Of a stretch of DNA of 63,933 nucleotides, positions 26,270 through 39,652 are shown in pieces. Source of the DNA: Chiloscyllium plagiosum (Eukaryota); NCBI RefSeq assembly GCF_004010195.1, contig NW_025215377.1, forward strand, positions 52,026-115,958, in the 5' to 3' direction. Under the pieces are notes generated by a model, which saw only the letters and a list, made by a program, of their open reading frames with translations, was not told the DNA's origin and made no database searches. The translations under genes and the position numbers were made by a program. Every line of letters starts with the position of its first letter. The stretch's first letter is position 1.

Positions 26270-28648
26270 AAGTACACTGCGTGCAAGAATTCAGTGGCCC
26301 AATATTGGCTCGGCTGCAGCATTACTGGCTGAGCTGGTTGGGTCCTAAAGTACACAACTGCTAGATTGGGTCTGCGGCAGGTGGTGAAGGAATCAAGAGA
26401 GAAAAAGATATTTGACCTCATCCTCATCAATCTCCCTGCCACAGATGTGTCTGTCCTTGACAGTATCATATCTGTACAACCTCATGACCAGTACACAGTC
26501 CTTGAGAAGACAAAGCCCCTCCTTCACATTAAGGATACACTCCATTGTGTAATTTGCCACTATGACGGTGTTAAATGGGGTAAATTTCAAAGAAAGGTGC
26601 AGCCATGGCCGAGTGATATTATCACTCGACTGTTAATTCGGAGACCCAGGTAATATTCTGGGGACCTGGTTCAAATCCTGCCAGGGCAGACGTTGGAATT
26701 TAAATTCAATAAAATTCTGGAATTAGAGTCTGATGATACCTATGAAACCATTGTTGATAGTTGTAAAAACTCATCTGGTTGACTAATGTCTTTTAGGGAA
26801 AGAAATCTCCATCATTACCTGGTGTGGTCTACAGTAATGTGATTGATTCTTAACTTCTCTCTGTGCAACTGGGAATGGGCAATAAATGCTGGCCTAGCCA
26901 GCGATGCCCTCGTCCTGTGAATGAATAAAATTCCAATTTCAATAAACTAACCAAATTCAGCCAACCTAACATGAGAAGCAGGCTCCACGAATAACCCCAT
27001 CCTCAATGATGGATGGCCTAGCACTTTTCGTGAAGGTCAAGGCTGAGCATTTACAACCATCTTCAGCCAGAATTGCCAAGTAGGTGATCCATTTCAGCTT
27101 CATTCTGACATCCTAGCATCACAAATGCTACTGTTCAGCCAATTTGGTAACTGCACATGACAGAAAGAAATGGCTTAAGGCACTGAGTACTGCAAAGGAT
27201 ACGCAGTCATAGAAGGCTACAGCTCAGGTAAAGGCCCTTCAGCCCATCAAGTCTGTGTCAGTCAACAACAAAAAAACTCTGACACCATTCTAATAATACT
27301 AAAAATTGTGCTCCAGACCTACCTGTGCCCATAGCTAAGCTGTTGCAGTACACCTGCAACACAGACATGTACCCAACAACGTAGAAAATTGCCCAGGAAG
27401 GTCCTGTTCACAAAAAGCAGGCCAAGTCCACTGTGGGCCATTAATGCCCTCTTAGTCTACTCTCCATCATCGGGAAAGTAATGTAAGTCAGATTTGTCAA
27501 GTGGCATTTGCAAAGGAATAACCTACTCACTAGTGCCCAGTTTGAACTCTGCCAGAACCCCTGAGTTCCTGATCTCATTGCAGTTTTTGTTAAAACATGG
27601 ACAAAAGAGATGAACTCCAGAGGGGAGTAGGTGACTACTCTCCCTCAACATCAAGGCAGAATTTGGCGTAGTGTTGAACTAGGAAATCTAGCAAACAAGA
27701 ATGAGGGGAAAATTCTCTTCTCGTTGGAGACCCACCTAGCATAGAGGAAGATGGTTGTGGTTGCTGAAGGTCAGTCATCTCAGCTCCAGAACATCTATGC
27801 AAGAGTTCCTTGGGTAGTGTCTTAGGCTCAACCATCTTTGCAGCCTCATCAATGACCTTCCCTCACTACAAGGTCAGAAGTGGGGATGATCGTTGCTGAT
27901 TGCACAGTGTTCAGCACCTGAACATGACTCCTCAGATTCTGAAGCAGCTTGTGCCCAAAAGCAGCTGGAACTGGGCAAAATCTAGGTTTGGGCTAATAAA
28001 TTGCAAGGAGCATTCACATCACGTAAGTGCCAAGCAGTGATCATCTCTATTTGGAGAGAATCTAAATCTCTATTGATATTTCATAGCACACCCAGCACCA
28101 AGGGATTCAGCTCCTGACTCCCCAAAGCTTGTCCAAAAGGCACAAGTCAGCAGTGTGATGGAATACTCCCCACTGCCCTGGATTGGTGCAGCTTCAACAA
28201 CACGTAAAAAGCTTGATACCAGACAGGACAAAGCAACCTGTTTGGATTGCACCACATCTACTTACATTCATTCACTCCCCCACCGACGCTCAGTAGCAGC
28301 AGTGTATACCATCTACAAGGTGCACTGCAGAAATTCACAGAGGCTCCCTCAACGCATCGTCCAAGTCAACAACTACTTCCATCTAGAAGGACAAGGGCAA
28401 CAGATACATTGGAACACCATCCCTTGCAAGCACCTCTAACTGCCCCCCAAACTACTCATTATCCTGACTTGGAAATATATTGCTGTTCCTTCACTGTCAC
28501 AGGTTCAAAATCCTGGAGCTCTTCCTGAATGATATTATGGGTATATCTACACCATTGGCTTGAGATCGCAGCTCAGACCACCCTCTGGGATAGACAAATA
28601 AACACTGCTCGCCAGGTGATGCCCACATCCCATAAAACAATAAATGAA
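26270..28648 (+). mobile_element. L2-like LINE, long decayed copy interrupted by a SINE at about 26600-26930
   Basis: IFDLILINLP endonuclease-end remnant, KIAQ..PVHKKQ, and MEYSPLPWIGAASTT; 3' tail gatgcccacatcccat. Confidence 0.75.
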
Positions 28649-28689
28649 GTATCACCTACAAAAATACTGAATGATCTGTGATCCTCTTG

Positions 28690-29036
28690 GAATCCCTACA
28701 GCAGAGAAGCAGCCCATTTGGCTCATTGAGTCCACACTGACCCTCTGAAAAGCATCTCACCCAGACTCACACCCTCCAACCTATCCCTGTAACCCTGCAT
28801 TCCCCATGGCTAATCCACCTAGCCTGCACAACCCTGGACACTATGGGCAATTTAGCATGGCCACCCAACCTGCACCTCTTTGGACTGTGGGAAGAAACAG
28901 GAGCACCCGGAGGAAACCCATGCAGACAGGGGAGAATGTACAAACTCAATACACAGTTGTCTGAGGGTAGAATCGAACGAAGGCCCCTGGCGCTGTGAAA
29001 CAGCAGTGCTAACCACTGAGCCATCATGCCAGCCCA
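28690..29036 (-). mobile_element. HE1-like V-SINE
   Basis: Reverse complement: atggctcagtggttagcactgctg...gggtttcctccgggtgctcc. Confidence 0.85.
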
Positions 29037-30049
29037 TTTTGAGTCCTCTCGATACTTTGATCGGGAGTGCAGCCTGTAGCAGACTAATAGACATAATTTC
29101 CATTTTATCGTGAACACTATCCAACCTCCAATACAGAATGGCTTATATACATGATAAAGTTCTTCTGAACCAACAACACTTTTGTATAGCCTTTATAATG
29201 TAGTAAAACATTGCAAAGCTTCACAGGGATAATTATCAAGCATTGTTAGACACGTTAGACAGGGACATTTTGTTACCTCTAATAAAAGTATTGAAATTGA
29301 GAAGGCACTGATTTAAGGTAATTTGCAAAAGATTAGATTGAGATTTATTGCCTTATATATATATAAAAATACAGTGAGAAGTGTTTTTTCATGCAAAAGT
29401 CAAAGTGTTGCCATACTCTGGCACCAAGAAGCAAATACAATGAGAAAAAAACCTTTTCTACTCAAGAGAGTAGTCACGGTCTGGGAGTGTACTGTCTGGA
29501 AATGTGGTGGAAGCAGGTTCAATTGAGGCTTTCAAGCGGGGCATTATATGGTCATAGAAATCAAAACAATGTGCATGGATATGGGAAAAGACAGGAGAAC
29601 GGCACTGAGTTATAATACTTACACACAGATCTGGTGAAGACACGATTAGCCAAAAGTCTTCTTCTGCGCTCTTAACATTTTTGCGATTCAATCAGAGATA
29701 TTGAGGCAGATGTACAAAAGCTTGATTTTAAAAAAAAGGCTTTAAAAAGTTTCTTAAAGCAGAAGATCTAGGCAAATGAAAGCAAAGCCACCAAAGGGGG
29801 AGTGATTAAAGTCAGGAATGTGTAAGAAGCCTGAATTGAAAGAGTACGGAGATCTTGTAGATCTTGAGCAGATTACAGAGTTTGGGAAGGTGTCTTGAAG
29901 GGCAAGCAGTCACATGAATGTTTTCCATCACCCAAGTAGGCCTCCATTTCAGATTTCAACTCAAAAATGGCATCTATGACAATCTGGCACTCCCTCAGCA
30001 TTGCACTGCTGCATTTGATGTGTGTGGCTCAGTTAAGTGTTGCTTTTTT

Positions 30050-30440
30050 AAAAAATTTACTCAGAGGTTGTGGGCATCTCTGGCTATGCCATCATTAATT
30101 GCCCATCTCTAATTGCCCAGAGGACAGTTAAGATTCAATGACATTGCTGTGGGCCTGGAGTCACAAATAGGCCTGGAGTCACAAATAGGCCTGGAGTCAC
30201 AAATAGGCTAGACCAAGTTAAGGATGGTAGATTTCCTTCCCTAAAGGATATTAGTGAACATGGGTTTTTCTAACAAACAACAATGGTTTCGTGATCATCA
30301 TTAGATCCTTAATTCCAGATTCCTTATTGAATTCAAATTCCACTACCTGGTATGGTGGGATTTGAACCTAGGTCCCCAGGACATTAGCTGAATTTCCAGA
30401 TTAATAGTCTAGTGTAATACCACTGGGCCATCGCCTCCCC
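30050..30440 (-). mobile_element. tRNA-derived SINE with L2-like tail; 18-bp unit tripled at 30152-30208
   Basis: gggatttgaacc is the reverse B box; ggcctggagtcacaaata occurs three times. Confidence 0.75.
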
Positions 30441-30566
30441 ATTTACCACTGACTTGGTAAGAGGTCACATTCAGTTTGAACAGTTTGAGAAACTGAAGAC
30501 ATTGCAGCAGGTTCTGCCCCAGGACAGTGAGGCTGTCTTCCTAAATGCTTAGGATGTTGCACTCAC

Positions 30567-30664
30567 CTTTACCTCAGCCTCCTTCAGTAGTGTTTTAATC
30601 TGTCCTTCTCTGGCGTAGTCCACTGGTGTGTGTCCCATTTCGTTCTGCAGTAAAGGATTAGCAC
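30567..30664 (-). CDS. CLPB: CLPB/Skd3 coding exon (98 nt, phase 1-0), last ankyrin repeat
   Basis: Not in the ORF track; read manually as (G)[32 protein letters not shown]. Acceptor ttcctcattcag, donor gtgagt. In frame with both neighbouring exons. Confidence 0.95.
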
Positions 30665-31087
30665 CTGAATGAGGAATAATTTGAAAGCTCAACAAGATTG
30701 GCCAACCTAACAAGCCAATTGAGAACACCGCCTCCGCAGCTTATGACAAACCAACACTTCCACCCACAACCTTCCCTTTGTTCCTCCTCTTGATCCGCCT
30801 TGCAATCCCACCCTCGGGCCACCCCCATTCCTACCTTTCGCGCCATTGTCAATTCAACAGTCTACACATCCAAGTGCCACCTTCATCCCGCCCACTCTCC
30901 TGCTGAGTGTAACTCATCAAACTACTGCCCCACCCTGTGCTTCATTAACTGTTGGCCTATTCGGAGCAGTAGGGAAAAGTGGGGATAAGTAACAGCTTCT
31001 GAAGGCTAGGGGCAAAGATGCAACACAGCAGAGATGTCAGGGACAGAGTTCCTAAGTATAAGACCTAGCAATGACAAACTGAGAAGT

Positions 31088-31420
31088 AGGATTAGAATTA
31101 GATCCCTACTGTGTGGAAACAGGCCCTTCGGCCCAACATGTCTATACCAACCCTCCGAATATTATCCTACCCGGACCCATTCCTCTATATTTACCCCTGA
31201 CTCATGAACCTAACCTATCCATTCCTGAACACTATGGAAAATTTAGCACAGCCAATTCACCTAACCTGGACTGTGGGAAGAAACCGGAGCACCCGGAAGA
31301 AACCCACACAGACATGGGGAGAATGTGCAAACTCCACACAGTCGCCCGAGGCTGGAATCAGACCTGGGTCCTTGGTGCTATGAGGCAGCAGTGCTAACCA
31401 CTGAGCCACTGTGCCGCTCC
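31088..31420 (-). mobile_element. HE1-like V-SINE
   Basis: Ends gcagtgctaaccactgagccactgtgccgc; V-domain-like core ccggagcacccggaagaaaccca. Confidence 0.85.
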
Positions 31421-33599
31421 TAATTTACTGGAGGTACAGAGAAGTCCTGTTCTAGAACAGGCCATTGAGCATCAATCAGTGCATGTAGTAGGAGCAGTGA
31501 TAGATTGCAGTAAAGTCATGGAAAGGATTCATAAACAAAGATAAGGCATCGGAAATACACTCACACACGTTCCTACCAGCCTCTCACAGAGCTATCCATT
31601 ATCCTATTGCGAAATTATATAAATGATGCATCGGAAAATAAACACAGATAAAAGGCAATGTAGATCTTTGACAAGCAGCAAGTTTTTTTACAAGATTACA
31701 GCCTGGGTAAATATCCGTTCTCCAGGAGATGTGTGGCGTGCCCCTAAGCATGTCTGCTGCAGTGAAGGATTTACTCTCTGCTCTTTGCAATATTGATCGC
31801 TACTGTACAGAGACACTCCTAAGGGTGGCATTGCAATGGCTTGCTTGCACGCAATCAATTCCAGAGTTTTATGATGACTTTAAAAAATCATACATATATA
31901 CTATATATATATATTTTGGATTGCAGCCCCTGGCAGTGTTTGTGGGCAGTTCAGGGCATTGGAATGTGTTGTGCGTTGTTTATGCCAACTGGGCTCAACT
32001 AATCTTACTGTTTCATTTCTCATCTGTTGTCTTCTGGGCTTCGTAGAGTGTTACAACACAAAAGGAGACCATTTGGTCCATCGTCCATGTAAAATAACTA
32101 TTCAATTAGCCCCATTCTCCCAGTCCTTGCCCCAAGGTTCTGCAGGTGATTCCCTTTTCAAGCATTTAACCAGTTCCCCTTATTGCTGACTGCTTCCACT
32201 GTCCTTTCACCTCATGTTGCCACAGAGACCTACAACAAGTCCGTACCAGTCAAAATTAAGCACCAAACTATTCTAATCCTATTTGCCAACAAAAATACTC
32301 CTATAGCCTTGTATGCCTTTGCATTACAAGTATACATTTAAATAATTTTTCAAAGTCATTCATGAGTATGGCTAGCTGTGACTCAATTTGCAACACCCTT
32401 GCCTCTAAGTCAGAAGGTTGTGGGCTCATGCCCAATCCAAGATTGGTATTATTTTCTTTGCAGGACACAATAAACTGAGGGTCCATTACTGCTGATTGGG
32501 AAAACTGATCAAAGCTGAAACTTTATGGACAGTGGAGTGTTGGTTGATTTGGGATTTTGTTTAATAAAGTAAGTAACTCTGGGGCTAAAGGGAAGTCATG
32601 GCAGTAGAGCTTGCAAGATGGGGGGTGGGGCCAATAAACTGATCAAACAATTACATCAAAGGACAGTGGAGTATTGGTTGATTTGGGATTTTGTTTAATA
32701 AAGTAAGTAACTCTGGGGCTAAAGGGAAGTCATGGCAGTAGAGCTTGCAGCTGTGAAAAGCTCCTCCTGTGCTGCGTGGCAAGTCATGGAAGCTTGAGTT
32801 GTCCCTGGTGACCATGGGCGCAGAAAGTGTCCAGTTTTACTGGTGAATTGTATCTCAGAGCTGGAACTACAGGTGGAACACCTGCGATGCTGAGCAAGTC
32901 CTGAATAACGTGAGATGGTCACAATGCAGCTGCAGACTGAACTGGACTTGCAGAAAGGGCTTGGGTGACCACCAGACAGAGTATAGGAAGGCAGGTAATG
33001 CAGGAATCCTCTGTGACCATCCCCCTTTCTAACAGAAGTAATCTTTTGGATATTGTTAGGAGAGATGACTGTGCAGGGAAGCAGTGGCAGCCAGATCTGG
33101 GTCTGCTGCACCAGATGGGAGGAAGAACAGGGCTACGATGGTAGGGGATTCAATTATAAGGGGAACACACAAACATTTCCAAAGTCACAAAATACACTCC
33201 AGCGTGGTATGTTGCCTCCCTGGTGCCTGGTCAGGGAAGTCACTGGATGACTGTATTCTGAAAAGAGAGGGTAGACAGTCAGAAATCATGGTACATATTG
33301 GACCCAACAACATAGGTACGAAAAAGGAAGTGATCCTGCAAGCAGAATCTAGTGAGTTAGGACATAGATTAAAGAAAAAGGACCCAAAAGGTTGTAATCT
33401 CTGGTTTACTTTTGGTGCTATGTGCTAATGAGGATAGAAATAGGACGTCAGTTTGGATGAATGCATGGCTAGAAAAACGGTGTTGAAGGAGGGCTTTAGA
33501 TTGCTGGGATACTGGGGCTGCTGGTGGGAGGTGGGACCTATACAACATAGACAGGTTGCACCTGAACTCAAATGGGACCATTCCTTGTGAGGAAGTTAG

Positions 33600-34052
33600 C
33601 AGAGGAGGTTTATCAGGATATTGCCTGGTCTGGAGGGAAGGTCTTATGAGGAAAGGCTGAAAGACTTGGATCTGTTCTCATTGGAAAGATGAAGGCTAAG
33701 AGGGTATTTGATTGGACATACAAGCTGATCAGAGGACTAAATAGGGTAGACAGTGAAAATCTTTTTCCTAGGATGATGACTTCAGCTTGTACGAGAGGGC
33801 ATAACTACAAATTGAAGGGTAATAGATTTAAGACAGATGTCAGAGGCAAGTTCTTTACGCAGAGAGTGGTAAGGGCGTGGAATGCCCTACCTGCTAATGT
33901 AGTCGACTCAGCTACATTAGGGAGATTTAAACAATCCTTAGATAAGCACATGGATGATGATGGGAGAGTGTAGGGGGACGAGCTGAGAATAGTTCACAGG
34001 TCGGTGCAACATTGAGGGCCGAAGGGCCTGTTCTGCACTGTATTGTTCAATG
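33600..34052 (+). mobile_element. Second CR1 3' end inserted in the long CR1
   Basis: TRGHNYKLKGNRFKTDVRGKFFTQRVVRAWNALP and tail gggccgaagggcctgttctgcactgtattgttc. Confidence 0.85.
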
Positions 34053-35686
34053 TTATTGGGAAGGGTTTGAAGTAAATTGGCAGGGAACTAGGATCTGGAG
34101 GGAAAATTCAGCAAGAGTAGATTAAAGGCCAAAATTAGAAGAAACAGCTAGAGAGTCAGGAAAGTATGGACATTATAAATCAGTTAAAGTACAAGCAGTG
34201 TGGCAAGCATTGATAGGATAAATATTAGTGTTGGGAGTCTGAGGACCAAGTCACATGAGTTGAGTGCACACATTAAACCACAACGGCATACTGTTAGCGC
34301 TGTCACTGAGACATTGTGTGCGTGCGTGAGACACTTCCCAGATACAGGATCTTCAGATGAGATAAAAGAAGAGGGGGTGTGGTAGTATTGATTAGGGAAT
34401 CAGTAGCAGGAAGGATGACATCTTAGAAGGCTCCTAGATGAAGCCATATGGGTACAACCTAAAAACCAAAAAGGAGTAATCACATTGCTGCAAGTGTACG
34501 ATAGGCCCCTAACAGAAATAGAAGAGCAGATATGCAGGCATATTTCAGGGAAGTGTAAACGTAATAGGGTACTGGTAGCAGGGGATTTCAACCTCCTCAA
34601 CATTAACTGGGGTAGTCATTGTGTGAAAGATTTACAGAGAGTGGAATTCTTAAAACACATCCAGGACAGCTTTTTAAGCCAGCACATAGAAGACCCTAAA
34701 AGACAGAGTGGCAGTCCTCGCCTTAATTGGAGGTAATAAAGCCAAGCAGGTGGTTAAAGTATTTTGTAGTCGGTGATCATAACTCCGTTATATTCAGGTT
34801 TGTTATGTAAAACCACAAGGCTGGTTCTGGAAGCGAGGTTTTACATTGGGGAAAGGTCAATATTAATAAGACTGGGTACGATTTGGCCACCGTGGACTAG
34901 AAGCAGGTAACTTTAGGTAAATCTGTGTTAGAACGATGGGATGCATTCAAGAAGGAAATATGGAGAGTACAGAGTCAACATGTTCCAATAAAGACAAAGG
35001 GTGGGACCAACAAATCTTGTGAACCTTGGATATTGAGGGATATACAGCACTGGATTAAGAGAAAAAGAGAGGGTATGTCGCTTACCGCAGTTACAAAACA
35101 GCAGAAGTGGAGTACAGAATGTGCAACAAGAAACTTAAAGAGGAAATTAGGAGAGCAAAAAGAGGGCATGAAAGAACAATGGAAGGTAAGATAAAGGAAA
35201 ATCCTAAATTATTTTACACTTATTATAAGGGTAAAAGGATAATGAGGAAAAGGGTAGGACCCATTAAAGGGCACAGTGGCAATTTGTGCAAGGAGCCAGA
35301 GGATGTAGATACAGTTCTAAATAAATTGTGTTGATGCTCACGAGTGACAGAGATAGCAGGCTTTGAGAAGGTTTGTAACTCAGGTTGAGGTTCTGGATGT
35401 ATGGATGAGGAAGGACACTACTTCGACTGGGACAACACATCCATCCTAGGACAAGCCAAACAGAGACATGCACGAGAATTCCTAGAAGCATGGCATTCCA
35501 ACTGGAACTCTATTAACAAACACATTGACTTGGATCCTGTTTACCACCTCCTGAGAAAAAGAACTGGAAATGACATCACTGCGGGAAATGATGTCACTGC
35601 AGGAAATGACATCGCCAACCCAAGGAAACACAAACATATAAATAGAAAGTGGGCTACACCCCACCACCGCTTCATCCAGAGGCCCA

Positions 35687-35720
35687 CTGAAGATGTTACC
35701 TAGTATGGTGACGAAACATC
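35687..35720 (+). ncRNA. Minimal hammerhead ribozyme-like core in the PLE terminus
   Basis: CUGAAGA-U-GUUACC-UAGUAU-GGUGAC-GAAAC-AUC; 6-bp stem II including one G-U pair. Confidence 0.7.
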
Positions 35721-35741
35721 TGAAAACGAACCTTCCAGCTC

Positions 35742-36064
35742 CGGCACGGTGGCACAGTGGTTAGCACTGCTGCCTCGCAGCGCCAGAGGCCCGGGTTCAA
35801 TTCCCGCCTCAGGCGACTGACTGTGTGGAGTTTGCACGTTCTCCCCGTGTCTGCGTGGGTTTCCTCCGGGTGCTCCGGTTTCCTCCCACAGTCCAAAGAT
35901 GTGCAGGTCAGGTGAATTGGCCATGCTAAATTGCCCGTAGTGTTAGGTAAGGGGTAAATGTAGGGGTATGGGTGGGTTACGCTTCGGCGGGTCGGTGTGG
36001 ACTTGTTGGGCCGAAGGGCCTGTTTCCACACTGTAAAGTAATCTAATCTAATCTAAAAAAAAAA
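35742..36064 (+). mobile_element. Young HE1-like V-SINE nested in the PLE
   Basis: A box tggcacagtgg 35750-35760, B box ggttcaattcc 35794-35804, CpGs retained, (taatc)n plus poly-A tail, flanking direct repeat agctc. Confidence 0.92.
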
Positions 36065-36671
36065 AGCTCAGCAAACAAACCTACATCCGGTGACAGAAAT
36101 AATATTGGTATAGACGTCAGGGAGAAACTCTGTGATATAATTAAAGAAATGAGCAAACACAGAGAGAAGGTTCTGAGTGGTCCGGCTGGCTTACAAGTTG
36201 ATATCCAGAGCCAGATGAAATGTATCCCAAGTATTTGAGTGAGACAAGGGAGGAAATAGCAAAGGTGCTGACAATAATTTTAAATTCTTCTCTAGCCACA
36301 GCAGAGATACCAGAGTTATGCAGGACAGCCAATGCGGTGCCATTATTCAAGAAGGGAACAAGCAATAGATATGAAGGCAGACTGCGAATGTTTTCCATGG
36401 AAATCATGAGACTGAGAGAGATTATCATTGAGATATATGAAATTTTGAAGAGCATATCGAGGGTAGACAGAAAGAAACTTTTCCCTTTGATGGAGGGATC
36501 AACAACCAGGGACATAGATTTAAGATAAGAACCAGGAGGTTTAGAGTGGGATGTGAAGAACAACATTTTCACCCAGAGGGTGGTGGAAATCTGAAACTTA
36601 CTGCCTGTAAAGGAGAGGCAGAAACCCTCATCACATTGAAGTATTTAGATATGAACTTGTGATGCCAAGGT

Positions 36672-37008
36672 ACAATGGCCTCGTGGCATTATCGCTAGAC
36701 TGTTGATCCAGAAATGTTCTGGGGACCCAGGTTCGAATCCCACCACGGCAGATGGTGTAATTTGAACTTAATAAAATCTGGAATGAAGAGCAAACGATGA
36801 CCATGAATCCAATGTCGATTGTTGGAAAAACCTTTCTGGTTCACTCATTTAAGGCAGGAAACTGTCATCCTTACCCAGTATGGCCTACATGTGACTCCAG
36901 ATCCACGGCAATGTGATCGACTCTTAACTGCCCTCTGGGTAATTAGGGACGGGCAATAAATGCAGGCCCAGTCAGCGTTGCCCTCATCCCATGAATGAAT
37001 AAAATAAA
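36672..37008 (+). mobile_element. tRNA-derived SINE with L2-like tail
   Basis: B box ggttcgaatcc; tail aattagggacgggcaataaatgc...catcccatgaatgaataaaa. Confidence 0.82.
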
Positions 37009-39273
37009 CAAAGCTACGGCCCAGAGCTGGAAAGTGGGATTAGAGTCATTACAAGGTTGTTTTGACCAATAAAATTTCAATGGACCAAATGGCCTTTTTT
37101 TCTGTGCTGTAGACCTCTAAGGTTTTGAACACCTCTATTATATGATCTGTTCCGAAACCATCTCTGCTCTAAGGAGAGAAATTCCAGCACGTCATGACTC
37201 TTTGCATAACTGAAGCCCCTCTTTTCAGATATTAACATCAGTTCATCTCCCTCTGCATCCTCTCCAGAACTCTGACATCCTTCTTAAAATGTAATACCTA
37301 ATATTAACACAATTCTCCAAGTAAAGCCTGACTGGTGATCTAACAAAGCAACACTGTCTTTGTTATTTGCGAGGCATAGGTGGGTGGCAGAGACTCACCC
37401 ATTTCCTTCTCGTCATTCTTCTTGACAAGGGGCGGTGGGAGAGGAGAGAAGTGCATAGACTGAATGGGTTGCTTCTTTGCAGACAATGTCCCAGTCTTGA
37501 GGATACAAGGGCAAGCTCAGCTGCCTCAGAGTGCACAGATGCTGTACTCTGCCTTCTCCCACTGCCTCTGCATTTCTCTCTTTCCTTCCGAATGTCACTC
37601 TCTTTCTGTTTCCCTATTACGTTCTCTCTTTCTGCTCATTGCTTTCCAGTTACGCTTCTACTGCTTTCTCTCTCATTTCCACCTATTTCCCAGTCATGCT
37701 GTGCACCTCCACCTTATCATGTTCTATATTGGAATCAGGTGAGAGTGAGAGACAGGCAAAATGAACCCTGGGAAACAATGAGCGTGGCTGTAGTACTCTT
37801 TGTTTAAAGGCCAGAGCAGTTGCTTTAATACTCACTCTCAATTAGTTTCCTTTTCGTCAATAATGGAATTTGCCTAATCATTAAGGAATGACACAGTAAC
37901 CACACAATCAATGAGGATAGAAAAATGACTGCAATATAATACTATCGCAGCTCAGGCCATAAATTACTGAGCAAGTCATTAAGGAATCATTATTTAAAGG
38001 TGTGGAGGAGTCAAGGTATTTAGAAATAAAATCCACCAACTGGACAGAGAGAAACATTGGAAGTTTGCCACTGCTTCTCAGGCTGTGCTATTGGGTCATG
38101 AGTTCTCCCCTATGGGAGACAGAGGGAACTGTGAAATAACATTTAAGAAATGGTACAAAGATTTCTGACCTGCCCGGTTATTTCCTCAGTTTAAGTTGGC
38201 ATTTCAAATGCTGGAATACAGAAAATAGAATCAGAAACAGATATCTGCATTCTAACTTGTATCAAGGCCATTTCATTCACCACCCACTGTGCTCCCCAAA
38301 ATTCATTAGTTCCAGTCAATTTTAAACTCCTCATCCTCATTTTCAAACTCATGGTTTCACCTTTCCCTATCTCTGTAACCTCACCCAGCATGACAACCCT
38401 TTTGAGACCTCTGCAGCCCTCTAAACCCAAACTCAAGAGTATTGGTGTTTTTAAATACTCCACTACTGGTCCTGCCTTCACTATTGGTCCTGCCTTGGCC
38501 CAAAACTTTGACAGTCCCTCCCTAAATCTCTCCACCTCTCTCCTCCATCAAGATGCTCCTTTAAAAACTTCTCTTATGACTAAGCTTTTGGCCACCTGTC
38601 CCAATATCTCTGTAAACAGCTGAGTGTCAAATTTAGTTTGATAAAACTCCTTGTGCCTTGGAATATTTTAAAGGTGTTATGTCAATGCAAACTGTTGCCT
38701 TATTTTCTTTGCATTCAGAAGGAAAGCCGGATAAGATTATTGAAAAATACCAAACAGGATAGGTGTCTTTATAAAACACAGCAACAGAACACAAAAACAA
38801 CTAATGCTAAAAGTTTGTAAATCACAAGTTAGTCCTCAGTCGGTGTCCAAACCTGGGGTCTCCAGAAGACGCAGGAGCAAAAGTTGGCCATTCAAACCAT
38901 TGAGTCTACTGTGCCATTCAATGGGGCCAAGGCAGATCTAATAAATCTCAAAGCCAGTTTCCTGCTTTTGTTCCATACTCCTTGATTGAAATGAGAAACA
39001 ATTGCATAATCTTAACTGAGGTCACCACGAAGGTCCCATCTTCCCAACCTCACCCCCTTGTCTGAAGCATTGCGACCCCCAGGTTAAACCACCTCCAGTT
39101 GTGTGTGTGTGTCTCTCTCTCTCTCTCTAATGAGACAGCAGTCCTATGATCCTCTGGGACAATAGCAATTTTACTTTTTTAATAAGAAAAAGAGCAGCCA
39201 GCATATGGGCAGCAAGATTCCATTATCATCAGGAAGATAATGACCAGAAAATCTGATTTCATTTTACCTAATG

Positions 39274-39432
39274 TGACAGTGCGGCACTCCTTCAGCACTG
39301 ACCCTCCGACAGTGTGGCACTCCCTCAGCACTGACCCTCCGACAGTGCAGCACTCCCTCAGCATTGTCCCTCCAACGGTGCAACCTCCCTCAGTACTGAC
39401 CCTCTGACAATGTGGTGTTCCCTCAGCACTGG
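39274..39432 (-). repeat. 33-bp minisatellite, reverse orientation, about 5 copies, inside a decayed SINE
   Basis: cactccctcagcactgaccctccgacagtg units. Confidence 0.85.
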
Positions 39433-39562
39433 ATTGTGTCCATCAGCTTGGACCTTTGTGCTCAAACATTGTAACCTGGAAACCTGTCATCCTGAGGCAT
39501 GAACACTGTGCACTGAACCATGACAGACACAGGCTTAAGGTAATTGGCAAAAGAACTAGAAT

Positions 39563-39652
39563 CAACCAATTAAACCTGTTGGACTATAACCTGGTGTTGT
39601 GTGATTTTTAACTTTGTACACCCCAGTCCAACATCGGCATCTCCAAATCACA
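39563..39652 (+). mobile_element. PLE family B terminal fragment
   Basis: taaacctgttggactataacctggtgttgtgtgattt...ccagtccaacatcggcatctcca; homologous to the arm at 11075-11150. Confidence 0.65.

Larger units (their letters stand above)
35356..36089 (+). mobile_element. 5'-truncated Penelope-like element (GIY-YIG C-terminus plus pLTR) with a short inverted leading segment
   Basis: ORF GHYFDWDNTSILGQAKQRHAREFLEAWHSNWNSINKHIDL is typical of the PLE endonuclease C-terminus. TSD gtgacaga(g/a)ata at 35344-35355 / 36090-36101. Confidence 0.85.
32500..36665 (+). mobile_element. Long decayed CR1 LINE (ORF1 esterase plus ORF2 remnants) hosting nested insertions
   Basis: ORF1 MVGDSIIRG...VCCLPGA...IMVHIGPNNIG (SGNH/GDSL esterase) at 33084-33428; endonuclease LVAGDFN at about 34570; KIKENPKLFY; ANAVPLFKKG; 3' part to about 36660. 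Confidence 0.85.

Noticed and set aside
35742..35815. tRNA gene (A and B boxes present)
   Set aside because: It is the tRNA-derived head of an HE1-like SINE, repeated at five other sites in the window.
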